NCBI GenBank assembly: GCA_041641305.1
Contig: JBEPYN010000001.1
Span: 128,001-192,000, forward strand
From: Nitrososphaerota archaeon
GTDB taxonomy: Archaea; Thermoproteota; Nitrososphaeria_A; Caldarchaeales; Caldarchaeaceae
Reading direction: 5' to 3'
DNA: 64,000 nt
The notes beneath the pieces are model-generated. The model had not been told where the DNA came from. It saw nothing but the letters and a program-made list of their open reading frames with translations, and did not search any database. Shown one piece after another: positions 1 to 11,258 of this stretch. The translations under genes were made by a program, and so were the position numbers. Every line of letters starts with the position of its first letter. The stretch's first letter is position 1.

Positions 1-1
1 G

Positions 2-301
2 GGCGGCTGGGCTCCAGATAGGCTGCGAAGAGACCAGCGGGTGGTCCAATTTGTTAAGGCCTTCTTTGAGACAGGGAAGCCGGTGGCCGCCATATGTCAC
101 GGACCTCAACTACTCATTTCGGCGAAAGTCCTCAGAGGATTCAAGCTAACCTCCGCATTAGCCATAAAGGATGATGTTGAGAACGCAGGGGCAATTTATC
201 AAGATGCTCCCGTGGTGGTTGACAGAAACCTTGTGACATCGCGGGGCCCCGGCGACCTGCATGTTTTCGTAAAAACCCTATTGGAGACGATGAAAAAATG
301 A
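2..301 (+). CDS. pfpI: PfpI/DJ-1 family type 1 glutamine amidotransferase-like protease/deglycase (5' truncated by window)
   Basis: Frame open from base 2 (GGWAPDRLRRD...), AICHGP nucleophile motif, VVVDRNLVTSRGP C-terminus. Confidence 0.88.
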   Translation, partial: GGWAPDRLRRDQRVVQFVKAFFETGKPVAAICHGPQLLISAKVLRGFKLTSALAIKDDVENAGAIYQDAPVVVDRNLVTSRGPGDLHVFVKTLLETMKK

Positions 302-1432
302 GCAGCTACATCATCGAGGAGAGATACGACCTAGGGGAGCTTGTTACCTTCAAGCCAAACCTGCGACTGCCACGTCACCGTTGGTTTTTTCTTTAAAGAA
401 GGCTTTTCCTCACAGTTTGTCAACCTCGTGATCAACCAGTTAAGGTTGTCGCGGGATGACTTGGTTCTTGACCCTTTCCTCGGCGTCGGTACAACACTGC
501 TTACCTGCCGCGAACTCGGGATAAGCTCCATCGGCCTCGACGTCTCGCCACTTTTCGTCTTCATAACCCGTGTCAAGCTGAGAAACTACGACCCCGATGA
601 GCTTCGCCGATGGAGGGATGAAATCTTCTCGATAAAGTTTGAAAAACCAGAGGTGAAGGTTTCGGGTTTTCTCCGAAACCTCTTTCCTAAACCAGTGTTG
701 GAGGACCTCTTCTTCTTCAAAAACATCATATCCAAAATACCCGATGCGGAGACTCGAGATTTCTTCACACTCGCCTTGATGGTTGCAGCTGAGAAATCTT
801 CATATATGATGCGCGACGGCGCTGTCATAAAAATCGTAAAAAATAAACCACGCATACCTTCTCTAAGAAAGGCCTACAAAATAACAATTAACAGAATGAT
901 TGAGGATGTTGAGAGGCACCCGCTCACCGAAGCAACCGCTGAAGCCATGATAGGAGACGCCCGCCAAATGGACACAGTCGAGACAGAATCTGTCGACGCT
1001 GTGATAACTTCACCTCCCTACCTAAACAAGATCGAGTATACAAGATGCTACTGGCCAGAGTACGAAATCTTTTTCCCACAAATAAACCACACAGCATTGA
1101 GATCATACCTCTCAATGAGGCCAGATGACATCGATTACACGCAGTTAAGCAGAGATGCTCCACTCGCGGCGCAGCTGTATTTCGAGGATATGGAGAAGGT
1201 ATGTGGAGAGGTTTACAGGGTTTTGAAGGCTGGAGGGGCTGCGGTGATGGTTTTAGGTGGAGGTGTTTTTCCCGACAGGGTTATACAAGCTGATGTGGCG
1301 GTGGCCGAGATAGCTGAGCGATGTGGACTAAACGTTGAAAAAATTGTTGCAGTAAACAAGCGTGTGGCAGCCGTCGACCGTGTGAGAAAAATAGGTGAAT
1401 CACGGGAAAGCATCATCTATCTGAGGAAGTGA
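298..1432 (+). CDS. Orphan amino-DNA methyltransferase (alpha motif order, probably N4-cytosine), split by a +1 frameshift near 385-396
   Basis: Motif I DPFLGVGTT before motif IV TSPPY; N-terminal segment MSSYIIEERY...PRHRWFFL* starts at ATG 298 in another frame and joins ...KEGFS. Confidence 0.8.
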
Positions 1433-2567
1433 AGACGATTTTTTCATGCAGCCCTCCTCTGGTGACTGTGTAAACACGGTTTCTCCAACGGATAGTGGGG
1501 TTGAGCCATGCCTTAAAGAACGCTGTGGCGGCGGCCGCGAGAATTGCTCCAACACCGATTGGCCATAAAAATCCGTAGAAAAAGCTTGCCGAATGTCGCC
1601 TAGCCTCCCATCCAACAACGGCGGCGGCCACGAGATATCCCGCTGCAAGAAGGAGGTAAGAACCAGTGAGAATGTTCAAGATTGGAACAGCCACGCTAAC
1701 CGTCGCAAGTATCATGAAAACCAGTAATGTTTTCGTCGGGTTTGAGATTCCAAGCGGCGTAAATAGGCGTAGCATCCCGTTCCAGAGGGAGCGGCTATCC
1801 TCGTTCCATGAAGAGATTACACGGTCCAGCGCCTTGAATATGCCCGTCTTTACACCATGGCGGCGAGCATGCAGAGCTAGGGCCCTGTCCTCTAGCAGAG
1901 CGTCGCGCACAACAGCATGGCCACCTATTTTCTCATAGGCCTCTCTTCTAAACAGCATGAAGCTTCCGAATGCAAAAGCCGATTGACCGCTCTGAACAAG
2001 ATGAGGTCTGCCGAAGAGGTAGAACCCTGTCAGGAGCACGGGCAGAGCCGCTTTGTGGAGAAAGCTATTGAATCTAAACCTTGGATAAACGCTTAGGAAA
2101 TCAAGTTTAAACGTTTTAGCGGCCTGGACAGCATCCCTCAAAACACTTGGGGCGAGCTCGGTGTCAGCGTCGGTGAAGAGCAGCCATACCCCGCTCGACT
2201 GCAGATAACCTACGTGACAGGCTTTGCATTTCCCCATCCAGCCCGGCTCATCATCCTCTACCCTAATCACGCGTAATCCCTTTGCCTCCATTTGCTTAAC
2301 GGCCTCCCATGTCCCATCAGTAGAGTTATCGTCAACAACTATAATCTCCTTCCCAATACATTCCAGACTCAACAGCGTCCCGAGAGAATCATGGATGTAT
2401 CTTCGCTCATTTCTTACGGGCAGGATTATTGAGACCTTGTCACTCAATTCTTCGGTACTTCGCGGAAGCTCTGGGATATCTCCGAATGACCTTTCACGGC
2501 GAAAGTGTATGATTAGCCACGCAGCGAGGAAGGCCGCCGCGGCTACTTGTGCTACTATCTCGATCAT
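1413..2567 (-). CDS. Membrane-bound family 2 glycosyltransferase (HpnB/CrtQ/CruC-like)
   Basis: VSIILPVRNE, VVDDNSTDGT, GWMGKCKAC, FTDAD, ED motifs; N- and C-terminal TM helices. Confidence 0.85.
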   Translation of the reverse strand: MIEIVAQVAAAAFLAAWLIIHFRRERSFGDIPELPRSTEELSDKVSIILPVRNERRYIHDSLGTLLSLECIGKEIIVVDDNSTDGTWEAVKQMEAKGLRVIRVEDDEPGWMGKCKACHVGYLQSSGVWLLFTDADTELAPSVLRDAVQAAKTFKLDFLSVYPRFRFNSFLHKAALPVLLTGFYLFGRPHLVQSGQSAFAFGSFMLFRREAYEKIGGHAVVRDALLEDRALALHARRHGVKTGIFKALDRVISSWNEDSRSLWNGMLRLFTPLGISNPTKTLLVFMILATVSVAVPILNILTGSYLLLAAGYLVAAAVVGWEARRHSASFFYGFLWPIGVGAILAAAATAFFKAWLNPTIRWRNRVYTVTRGGLHEKIVFTSSDR

Positions 2568-2624
2568 GTTAGATTCCTCTCTTTTGAATGCTTTTATACG
2601 AGGTTTTGCTAAATATCTATCGGT

Positions 2625-3200
2625 ATGTCAAGCGATTGGTGGTTTGGGAGAAGGCGGAGAAGGTTTAGCTTTTTCGAGGAATTTGATCGCATGTTTGAGG
2701 AGATGCAGCGTGAGATAATGGAGGAGATGCGCCGCATGATGGAGTATGTTCCCAAAGAGCTTGTAAAGGAGACGAGAACCCCCGAGGGAATAAGAAGGCA
2801 GTACGGCCCATTCATTTACGGATACTCTATATCAATAGGCCCAGACGGTAAACCGGTCATACGCCAGTTCGGAAATGTGGTGCCCGGTGCTCTGCCCCGT
2901 GGAGTAGAGGTGCGGCCGGAGAGAGAACCGCTTGTAGACGTGTTTGAAGAGGATAAAAACGTCAAGGTTGTGGCTGAGATTCCAGGCGTACGCAAAGAAG
3001 ACATAGACCTCACCGTCAACGAGAAAATGCTCACAATCAAAGTAGATACGGAGGAGAGAAAATATTACAAAGAGGTTGAGCTACCTGTCGAGGTCTCCAC
3101 CACGGGAGTGAAAGCAACCTATAACAACGGCGTCCTCGAAGTAACGCTGCCCAAGAAGCAGGAGGCTAAACCGCGTGGAGAGAAGATAAAAATCGAATAA
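2625..3200 (+). CDS. hsp20: Archaeal small heat-shock protein Hsp20
   Basis: GPFIYGYSISIGPDGKP, EPLVDV, ATYNNGVLEVTLPK, terminal IKIE (IxI). Confidence 0.93.
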   Translation: MSSDWWFGRRRRRFSFFEEFDRMFEEMQREIMEEMRRMMEYVPKELVKETRTPEGIRRQYGPFIYGYSISIGPDGKPVIRQFGNVVPGALPRGVEVRPEREPLVDVFEEDKNVKVVAEIPGVRKEDIDLTVNEKMLTIKVDTEERKYYKEVELPVEVSTTGVKATYNNGVLEVTLPKKQEAKPRGEKIKIE

Positions 3201-3254
3201 GAGTAAATGTTACATAGTTAAATAACACATTTTGGAAAACACTATACGAAGCGA

Positions 3255-6189
<2,935 letters not shown>

Positions 6190-6240
6190 TAGACCAATCA
6201 TACATCTCCATTAAATATCCGGCGACCTGTGTTTGTCTCG

Positions 6241-6729
6241 ATGAGAAAAATATTAGTTGGGTTGCTGGTTTTGGCTTCGTTGGCGGCTGTCGTCGCAGGC
6301 GTGGGGGCCGCTTATTCGATGACACAGGCCCCTTTGCATCGTGGAGTCTTCGGATGGGACGATGGTGTCCGGGGAGGATTCGGGTGGAGAAATCAGACAC
6401 AGATGACGACATCGGAGTCGGTTCTCGAAGGCGTTCTTTCAGACGCGGATTGGAGATATCTCGAAGTGAGCTCAGGCGATGGTGTAACACGCATAGCTGC
6501 CCCTGGACTGTGGCAAGTAAACGGGGAAACGGTCACCTTCTTCAAACTCTTTGCCGAGGACCAGCTCAACATCGGTGACAACGTGCGAATAGTCGTGGTG
6601 ACGTTGACAGCGACTATGCCCAACGGCGCAACTTATACCGTATCATACGCCAAGCAAATCACGGACCTCACTACCGGCGTAGATGCTACGGCTATCCGGC
6701 CACAGCTTAGGCAGGGGACAGCCGCCTAA
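6241..6729 (+). CDS. Hypothetical exported/membrane-anchored protein
   Basis: MRKILVGLLVLASLAAVVAG signal-like N-terminus; beta-rich C-terminal domain. Confidence 0.65.
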   Translation: MRKILVGLLVLASLAAVVAGVGAAYSMTQAPLHRGVFGWDDGVRGGFGWRNQTQMTTSESVLEGVLSDADWRYLEVSSGDGVTRIAAPGLWQVNGETVTFFKLFAEDQLNIGDNVRIVVVTLTATMPNGATYTVSYAKQITDLTTGVDATAIRPQLRQGTAA

Positions 6730-6746
6730 CTCTCCCCATTTTTTCC

Positions 6747-7376
6747 ATGTTTTCGATAATTGTTAGGCTTGACATAATTTTTGAAGTTATAAGCTTCTTC
6801 ATCAGCATAGCGATATCTGCTGTAGCTTTGGCGGCTGGACGAAGGACAGGGTCAAGGTCGCTTACACTACTTGCCATCGGGTTCCTGCTAATGGCCATTG
6901 CCATGTTCATCCGCGTGGCATTGACCAGCTGGGCCCTCAACTTTCCCACATCAACCCCGCCTAGACTACGTATCCTGCCAACACTAGTGCTGCAGATACA
7001 GGAACTTGTTTACTCAGTTGTTAGGATAAGTGGCTACGTGGTTTTCCTCATCCTCTACAGCTCCTACTCATCATCGGGAAAACAGCCTCAAGCCATGCTC
7101 GCCATTTCTCCCGCAATCATCTATAACCCCTTATTCGAAGCAATATCCGCTATTCTTCTCGCCTTCGTGGTTTACCAGCTGGTTAAAAGCAGGGAACACG
7201 GAGGCTCCCCATATGTGTTAATCGGGTTCTCACTACTGCTACTCAGCCACATCCTCTTCCTCCTCCTTCCACTATCCATAGGCATCTATTTTTTGGCCCA
7301 ATTCACCCAGCTACTATCGCTTCTACTGTTTTTGACCGCGGTTCTCTCGGTGCTCTTGGATGGTCAAAGACTATAG
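6747..7376 (+). CDS. Hypothetical polytopic membrane protein (~6-7 TM)
   Basis: Multiple hydrophobic helices; overlaps downstream wHTH gene. Confidence 0.7.
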   Translation: MFSIIVRLDIIFEVISFFISIAISAVALAAGRRTGSRSLTLLAIGFLLMAIAMFIRVALTSWALNFPTSTPPRLRILPTLVLQIQELVYSVVRISGYVVFLILYSSYSSSGKQPQAMLAISPAIIYNPLFEAISAILLAFVVYQLVKSREHGGSPYVLIGFSLLLLSHILFLLLPLSIGIYFLAQFTQLLSLLLFLTAVLSVLLDGQRL

Positions 7377-7635
7377 GTCCAAAACAAAGATCATCGCAGA
7401 CATTCTCGAATCCATAAATCAACAAGGACACGCTAAACCCACAAAAATACTCGTCGACGCAAACCTCTCATATGACAGGCTTGTCAAATATCTAGAGCTC
7501 CTAGTTGAGAAGAATCTTGTAGCACGTGTTGAGAACTCTGAAACGATGTATGTCTTGACCGAGAAGGGTCTGGAGTTTCTTATGGAGTATAGGAGGTTTG
7601 AGAGGTTTGCGGCGGCGTTTGGTCTACGTCTCTAA
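7360..7635 (+). CDS. Winged-helix transcriptional regulator (archaeal HTH_45-like)
   Basis: YRSKTKIIADIL...ANLSYDRLVKYL...YVLTEKG pattern. Confidence 0.85.
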   Translation: MVKDYRSKTKIIADILESINQQGHAKPTKILVDANLSYDRLVKYLELLVEKNLVARVENSETMYVLTEKGLEFLMEYRRFERFAAAFGLRL

Positions 7636-7805
7636 CCCTTCTGCTCGGTTCCCTGGCTCTTTCTCTTCACTATGCGTATTCTGCAGAGAAGCGAGTCGCC
7701 ATCCTTTATCTCGAAGATTTTTCTAATTTCCTCAGGTATGGTTATTCTTCCACCAGCAGTTACTTCTGCAAAAAACGGTATATCCTCTTCAGAAATTTCA
7801 ACCAT
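7632..7805 (-). CDS. AbrB/MazE/SpoVT-family DNA-binding protein (57 aa)
   Basis: GRITIPEEIRKIFEIKDGD signature; start moved to ATG 7805. Confidence 0.82.
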   Translation of the reverse strand: MVEISEEDIPFFAEVTAGGRITIPEEIRKIFEIKDGDSLLCRIRIVKRKSQGTEQKG

Positions 7806-7846
7806 TTTTCCACCTCGTTTAATGCGGAAAGGGTTCAATATAATTC

Positions 7847-8809
7847 CTACTCTGTCTTGACAGGGCCGCCTACCTCTGAGACAATGGCTCTGTATCCGGC
7901 ATCCGTTACTCTCGATGCGACATATTCTGCGTCTTCGGGGAGGCAGTTGATGAAGACCGTTGGTCCGGTTTGCATAGAGAAATAGCATTCGACCCCCTCG
8001 CTTCTCATATCGTGGACTAGCTTGATGATATGCATGCTGTCGGCGGTGGCCAAAATCATCCGCCAGGGACCTGTGGAGGTGACGCCGTGAAGCTCGAGGG
8101 CGTCAAGCTCAACAAGTTGACCGAACCTTGTGAAGTCGCCATCTTTTATCGCTTCCTCGAGCTCGTCACATCTTTTCTGCGCAGCTTTTACCCTTGCCTC
8201 GAAGAACGCCGATTGTTCAGCCTCTCGGTGTGCGTCCTCCGTCTTGAATCCAAGGCTCAGAGGCACAACGACTATCCTGATGTCGAGATCTTTTTCTGTT
8301 GCGAAGTTGGCGGCGTAGGAGGTTTCGTCGGAGAAGCCTGCAAACCATCTGGCGTACCATCCAACAACGCTTCTGCAGGCGGAGCCGGCCAGCCTTCTCG
8401 CAATCCGGGAAACAAGCCTATAATCCCATCCATACATCTTATTAAGCCCAGCCGCTTTGTATGCGGCGGCAGCGAGAGCAGCTCCAGCCGATGAGCTGAA
8501 GCCAAGGCCTTTCACGCTCCCCTTCGGCATCGAGTTATGCGAGACCATCCTAAATCCCTCTTCTAAGCCGGCGAGCCTTCTCACGTGGTCGATAACCGCT
8601 TTAACCCTCTCCATCTCCCGCCCCTCAAGAACAACTCCATCTACCTCAGCCGTGTCCTCGAAGTCCCCGAACTCCACTTCAGTGACTGTGTTGAAGGCGG
8701 CGAGGTTGACGGATATGCTGTCGTGATAAGGAATTCTCAGCTTCCAATCTTTCAATCCGTGGTATTTGACGAGCCCCTCCATGGGATGTGCAACTGCCCT
8801 GGCCTTCAT
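7847..8809 (-). CDS. mvaD: GHMP-family mevalonate decarboxylase, haloarchaeal-type phosphomevalonate decarboxylase
   Basis: AHPMEGLVKYHG, PYHDSISV, GLGFSSSAGAA, SACRS, QTGP. Confidence 0.8.
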   Translation of the reverse strand: MKARAVAHPMEGLVKYHGLKDWKLRIPYHDSISVNLAAFNTVTEVEFGDFEDTAEVDGVVLEGREMERVKAVIDHVRRLAGLEEGFRMVSHNSMPKGSVKGLGFSSSAGAALAAAAYKAAGLNKMYGWDYRLVSRIARRLAGSACRSVVGWYARWFAGFSDETSYAANFATEKDLDIRIVVVPLSLGFKTEDAHREAEQSAFFEARVKAAQKRCDELEEAIKDGDFTRFGQLVELDALELHGVTSTGPWRMILATADSMHIIKLVHDMRSEGVECYFSMQTGPTVFINCLPEDAEYVASRVTDAGYRAIVSEVGGPVKTE

Positions 8810-8821
8810 GTCCGGCTGTGT

Positions 8822-9973
8822 CTATGTATATTTGATGGATTTAAACCGGTTAGCCAATAATCTAACGTCTTTCTTCACATCTGTTCCCATGAGCGCAGAT
8901 ACCACAAGCTTGGCTATTTGCCCCATCTGCCGCAGGCCCATACCTCGCCGCGTGACTTCACATGTCCCAAATCTGACACCATTGTCTGCGATGATGTTGT
9001 TCTTCTCGAGCGTGTTGCAGACTTTCGCCGCCTCGTCAACCGGATAAGGTAAGTAAACTTGGTGGCTACTGGTGTAGCCAAGCCTGTTCTTGAAGGGTTT
9101 TAGCCCCGCTTTTTCCAAAGACTCGGCCAACGTTTTCGCGTTCTCCACAACCTTAGAAGCATACATTCGGCCGTGCCTGCGCATCTCGTCCAGCGCAATT
9201 GCAAGAGCTGCCACTCTGTTGAAGTGGATGTTGTCAACGAATTTATGGAACGTGTTTTCCTCTATTTTCCTCGCGAGATGTGTGTCGTTTGTAAGTATTA
9301 TGCCTCCCTGTGGGCCGAAGAAGCTCTTGTGTGTTGAGCCAAGCATGATGTCTGCCCCTTCCTCAAGCGGTTGTTGGAAAACTCCGCCTGCGACGAGTCC
9401 GAGCACATGCGAGGCATCGTAGATTATAACACCTCCGTAGCTGTGAACTGTGTCGGCCAGCTCGCGGACAGGCATGGGGTAGAGAATCAGGCTCGCACCA
9501 AGAACAACGGCATCCGGCTTTTCCCTCGAAACCATGTCCGCGGCCTCATCAACGTCGATGCACAGCTCCTTTTCCTGCAACTTGATGACAGAGTATCCGA
9601 ATATTTGTGGAATCTTTTCTTCGTCGAGGCCGGGGTATCCGGCGAAGCGAGGGTCAACACACGCTATCTTGCCTCCACGCGGCACACAGGAATACAGAGC
9701 CATCATCAAGGCAACGTGACCCGAGAGAGGTGCCACGCTGCAGAACTCCGCCCCAAAAACCATCCGACCCAGCTCCTCAGCCACCCTCCAAACCTCCTGA
9801 ATATAACGTGTGCCACCGTAGAACTCCGGCTTCAAAGAATACCTAGCACCCATATCAGAAGCGAGAGCCCTCCTTACAGCAGGACTCAGAATGTTCTCGC
9901 TCGCAACCAAGTTTAAACAACTACCACGAAACAACTCATGTCTCCGAAGAGCATCAAGCACAGTTTTCTTCAT
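8822..9973 (-). CDS. glyA: Serine hydroxymethyltransferase
   Basis: LNLVASEN, FYGG, YDASHVLGL, GSTHKSFFGPQGG PLP-lysine. Confidence 0.92.
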   Translation of the reverse strand: MKKTVLDALRRHELFRGSCLNLVASENILSPAVRRALASDMGARYSLKPEFYGGTRYIQEVWRVAEELGRMVFGAEFCSVAPLSGHVALMMALYSCVPRGGKIACVDPRFAGYPGLDEEKIPQIFGYSVIKLQEKELCIDVDEAADMVSREKPDAVVLGASLILYPMPVRELADTVHSYGGVIIYDASHVLGLVAGGVFQQPLEEGADIMLGSTHKSFFGPQGGIILTNDTHLARKIEENTFHKFVDNIHFNRVAALAIALDEMRRHGRMYASKVVENAKTLAESLEKAGLKPFKNRLGYTSSHQVYLPYPVDEAAKVCNTLEKNNIIADNGVRFGTCEVTRRGMGLRQMGQIAKLVVSALMGTDVKKDVRLLANRFKSIKYT

Positions 9974-10009
9974 GCTTCCCTATGCTACGAACAAAAATAT
10001 ATCCATGCA

Positions 10010-10456
10010 CTAAACCAATCCATAGCGGGTATCTGTCTTAACAACCCTTAACGTAACCAATGTGTTGACAGAAATGACTCCTGGGATTTTTTTGACCTGT
10101 TCCACTATTTCTCGTATGTGGTCGAGGTCGCGGCCGTAGGCAACAGCTATGGCGTCGAAGTCTCCCGATAACTGGTAAATGTTTGCGATCTCCCTCAGCA
10201 GCTTAAGCTCTTCCAAGACTCTGTTTATTTCGGAGGGCTCTATTTTGAGCATTAGTGCCGCGGAGTTCTTCAGCCCCAGCTTAACGTGGTCGACAAGTAC
10301 AGTCACCTTGCGGATGACTCCGGTTTTCAACAGCCTTTGGAAACGAAACCTGACGGTGTTTTCGCTTACTCCGAGTTTGCGGCCTATGTCGGCGAAAGAG
10401 GCCCTTCCATCCTCGAACAATATGTTCAGTATCTTAAGGTCGAGGTCGTCGACCAT
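10010..10456 (-). CDS. Lrp/AsnC transcriptional regulator
   Basis: DDLDLKIL..DGRASF HTH plus SGDFD RAM domain. Confidence 0.92.
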   Translation of the reverse strand: MVDDLDLKILNILFEDGRASFADIGRKLGVSENTVRFRFQRLLKTGVIRKVTVLVDHVKLGLKNSAALMLKIEPSEINRVLEELKLLREIANIYQLSGDFDAIAVAYGRDLDHIREIVEQVKKIPGVISVNTLVTLRVVKTDTRYGLV

Positions 10457-10874
10457 CCTCGCCCCACCTCACCAACAAACCCGAACCTGGCGCTGATTTG
10501 CTGAGGTCAATAAACTCCCAACCCCTTCCAACAAACCTGACAGCCGCGACAGGCTTTGGATGAATCTCGCCCCCACAATGCGGACAAACAATCATAAACC
10601 TCTCGACAAACTTGAGAAGCCTTCCAACCTGCTCAGGCGAAAAAGCGGCATACTCTCTGCTACTGCTCTTCACCTCAATAGCAAGAAGCTCTCCCCTATC
10701 GACCGCAATTATATCAGGCTTAGCCATCTTACCTGTCCCACTGCCCGGAGTTCTCACCGCATAGTAACCCTTCTCGCCAACTTCAATAAACCTCCTCAGC
10801 AAACTATACTCACCCTCATAACCAAGTCGCGACTTGTACTTCGGCGAGGCTGGGTCAGACGGTTTCCGCGGCAT
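10434..10874 (-). CDS. hjc: Holliday junction resolvase Hjc-family nuclease
   Basis: G..GE, VRTPGSG, PDIIA, IEVKS PD-(D/E)XK motifs. Confidence 0.8.
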   Translation of the reverse strand: MPRKPSDPASPKYKSRLGYEGEYSLLRRFIEVGEKGYYAVRTPGSGTGKMAKPDIIAVDRGELLAIEVKSSSREYAAFSPEQVGRLLKFVERFMIVCPHCGGEIHPKPVAAVRFVGRGWEFIDLSKSAPGSGLLVRWGEDGRRPRP

Positions 10875-11251
10875 TATTGCTTGTCCTCGAGCTGGATAAT
10901 TTTACGCTCTCGTTTCTCAGGAGACTGAGGCGAGTGACGCTCCATGTCGTTGAGCTCTATCAGCAGCGGGCTCAGGTAGATGCTTAGGGTTGAAGCGTTT
11001 TTCAGCCACTTACGCTCTGACGGCTTCGTCAAATACCCTATTTCAACCAAGTTGGATAGAAAAGTTGAGACGCTTCTTCTTTTCTTCTCATTTTTTGAAA
11101 TGGAGTCGGGAAGCCTCTCGGTCAGGTCCGTCAAGGTGAATGGGTTATGGTCCATTCCGCCTATTGCCGCAAGTATATGGATAATCTCATCCTCGCTGAG
11201 CAGCCGAGTCTTCCACTTAAGCATCTGAACAATAGGATGAGTCTTCTTCAA
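10874..11251 (-). CDS. Hypothetical protein, possible winged-helix fold
   Basis: FTLTDL...VSTFLSNLVEIGYL...RKW pattern; stop/start overlap with hjc. Confidence 0.55.
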   Translation of the reverse strand: MKKTHPIVQMLKWKTRLLSEDEIIHILAAIGGMDHNPFTLTDLTERLPDSISKNEKKRRSVSTFLSNLVEIGYLTKPSERKWLKNASTLSIYLSPLLIELNDMERHSPQSPEKRERKIIQLEDKQ

Positions 11252-11258
11252 CCCTTAT

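Noticed and set aside
298-1432. Complete restriction-modification or defence island
   Set aside because: Flanks are pfpI and a glycosyltransferase; no nuclease or mobility gene nearby
7632-7805. AbrB gene as half of a toxin-antitoxin pair
   Set aside because: No adjacent PIN/MazF toxin; the 118-aa track ORF is over-extended into mvaD
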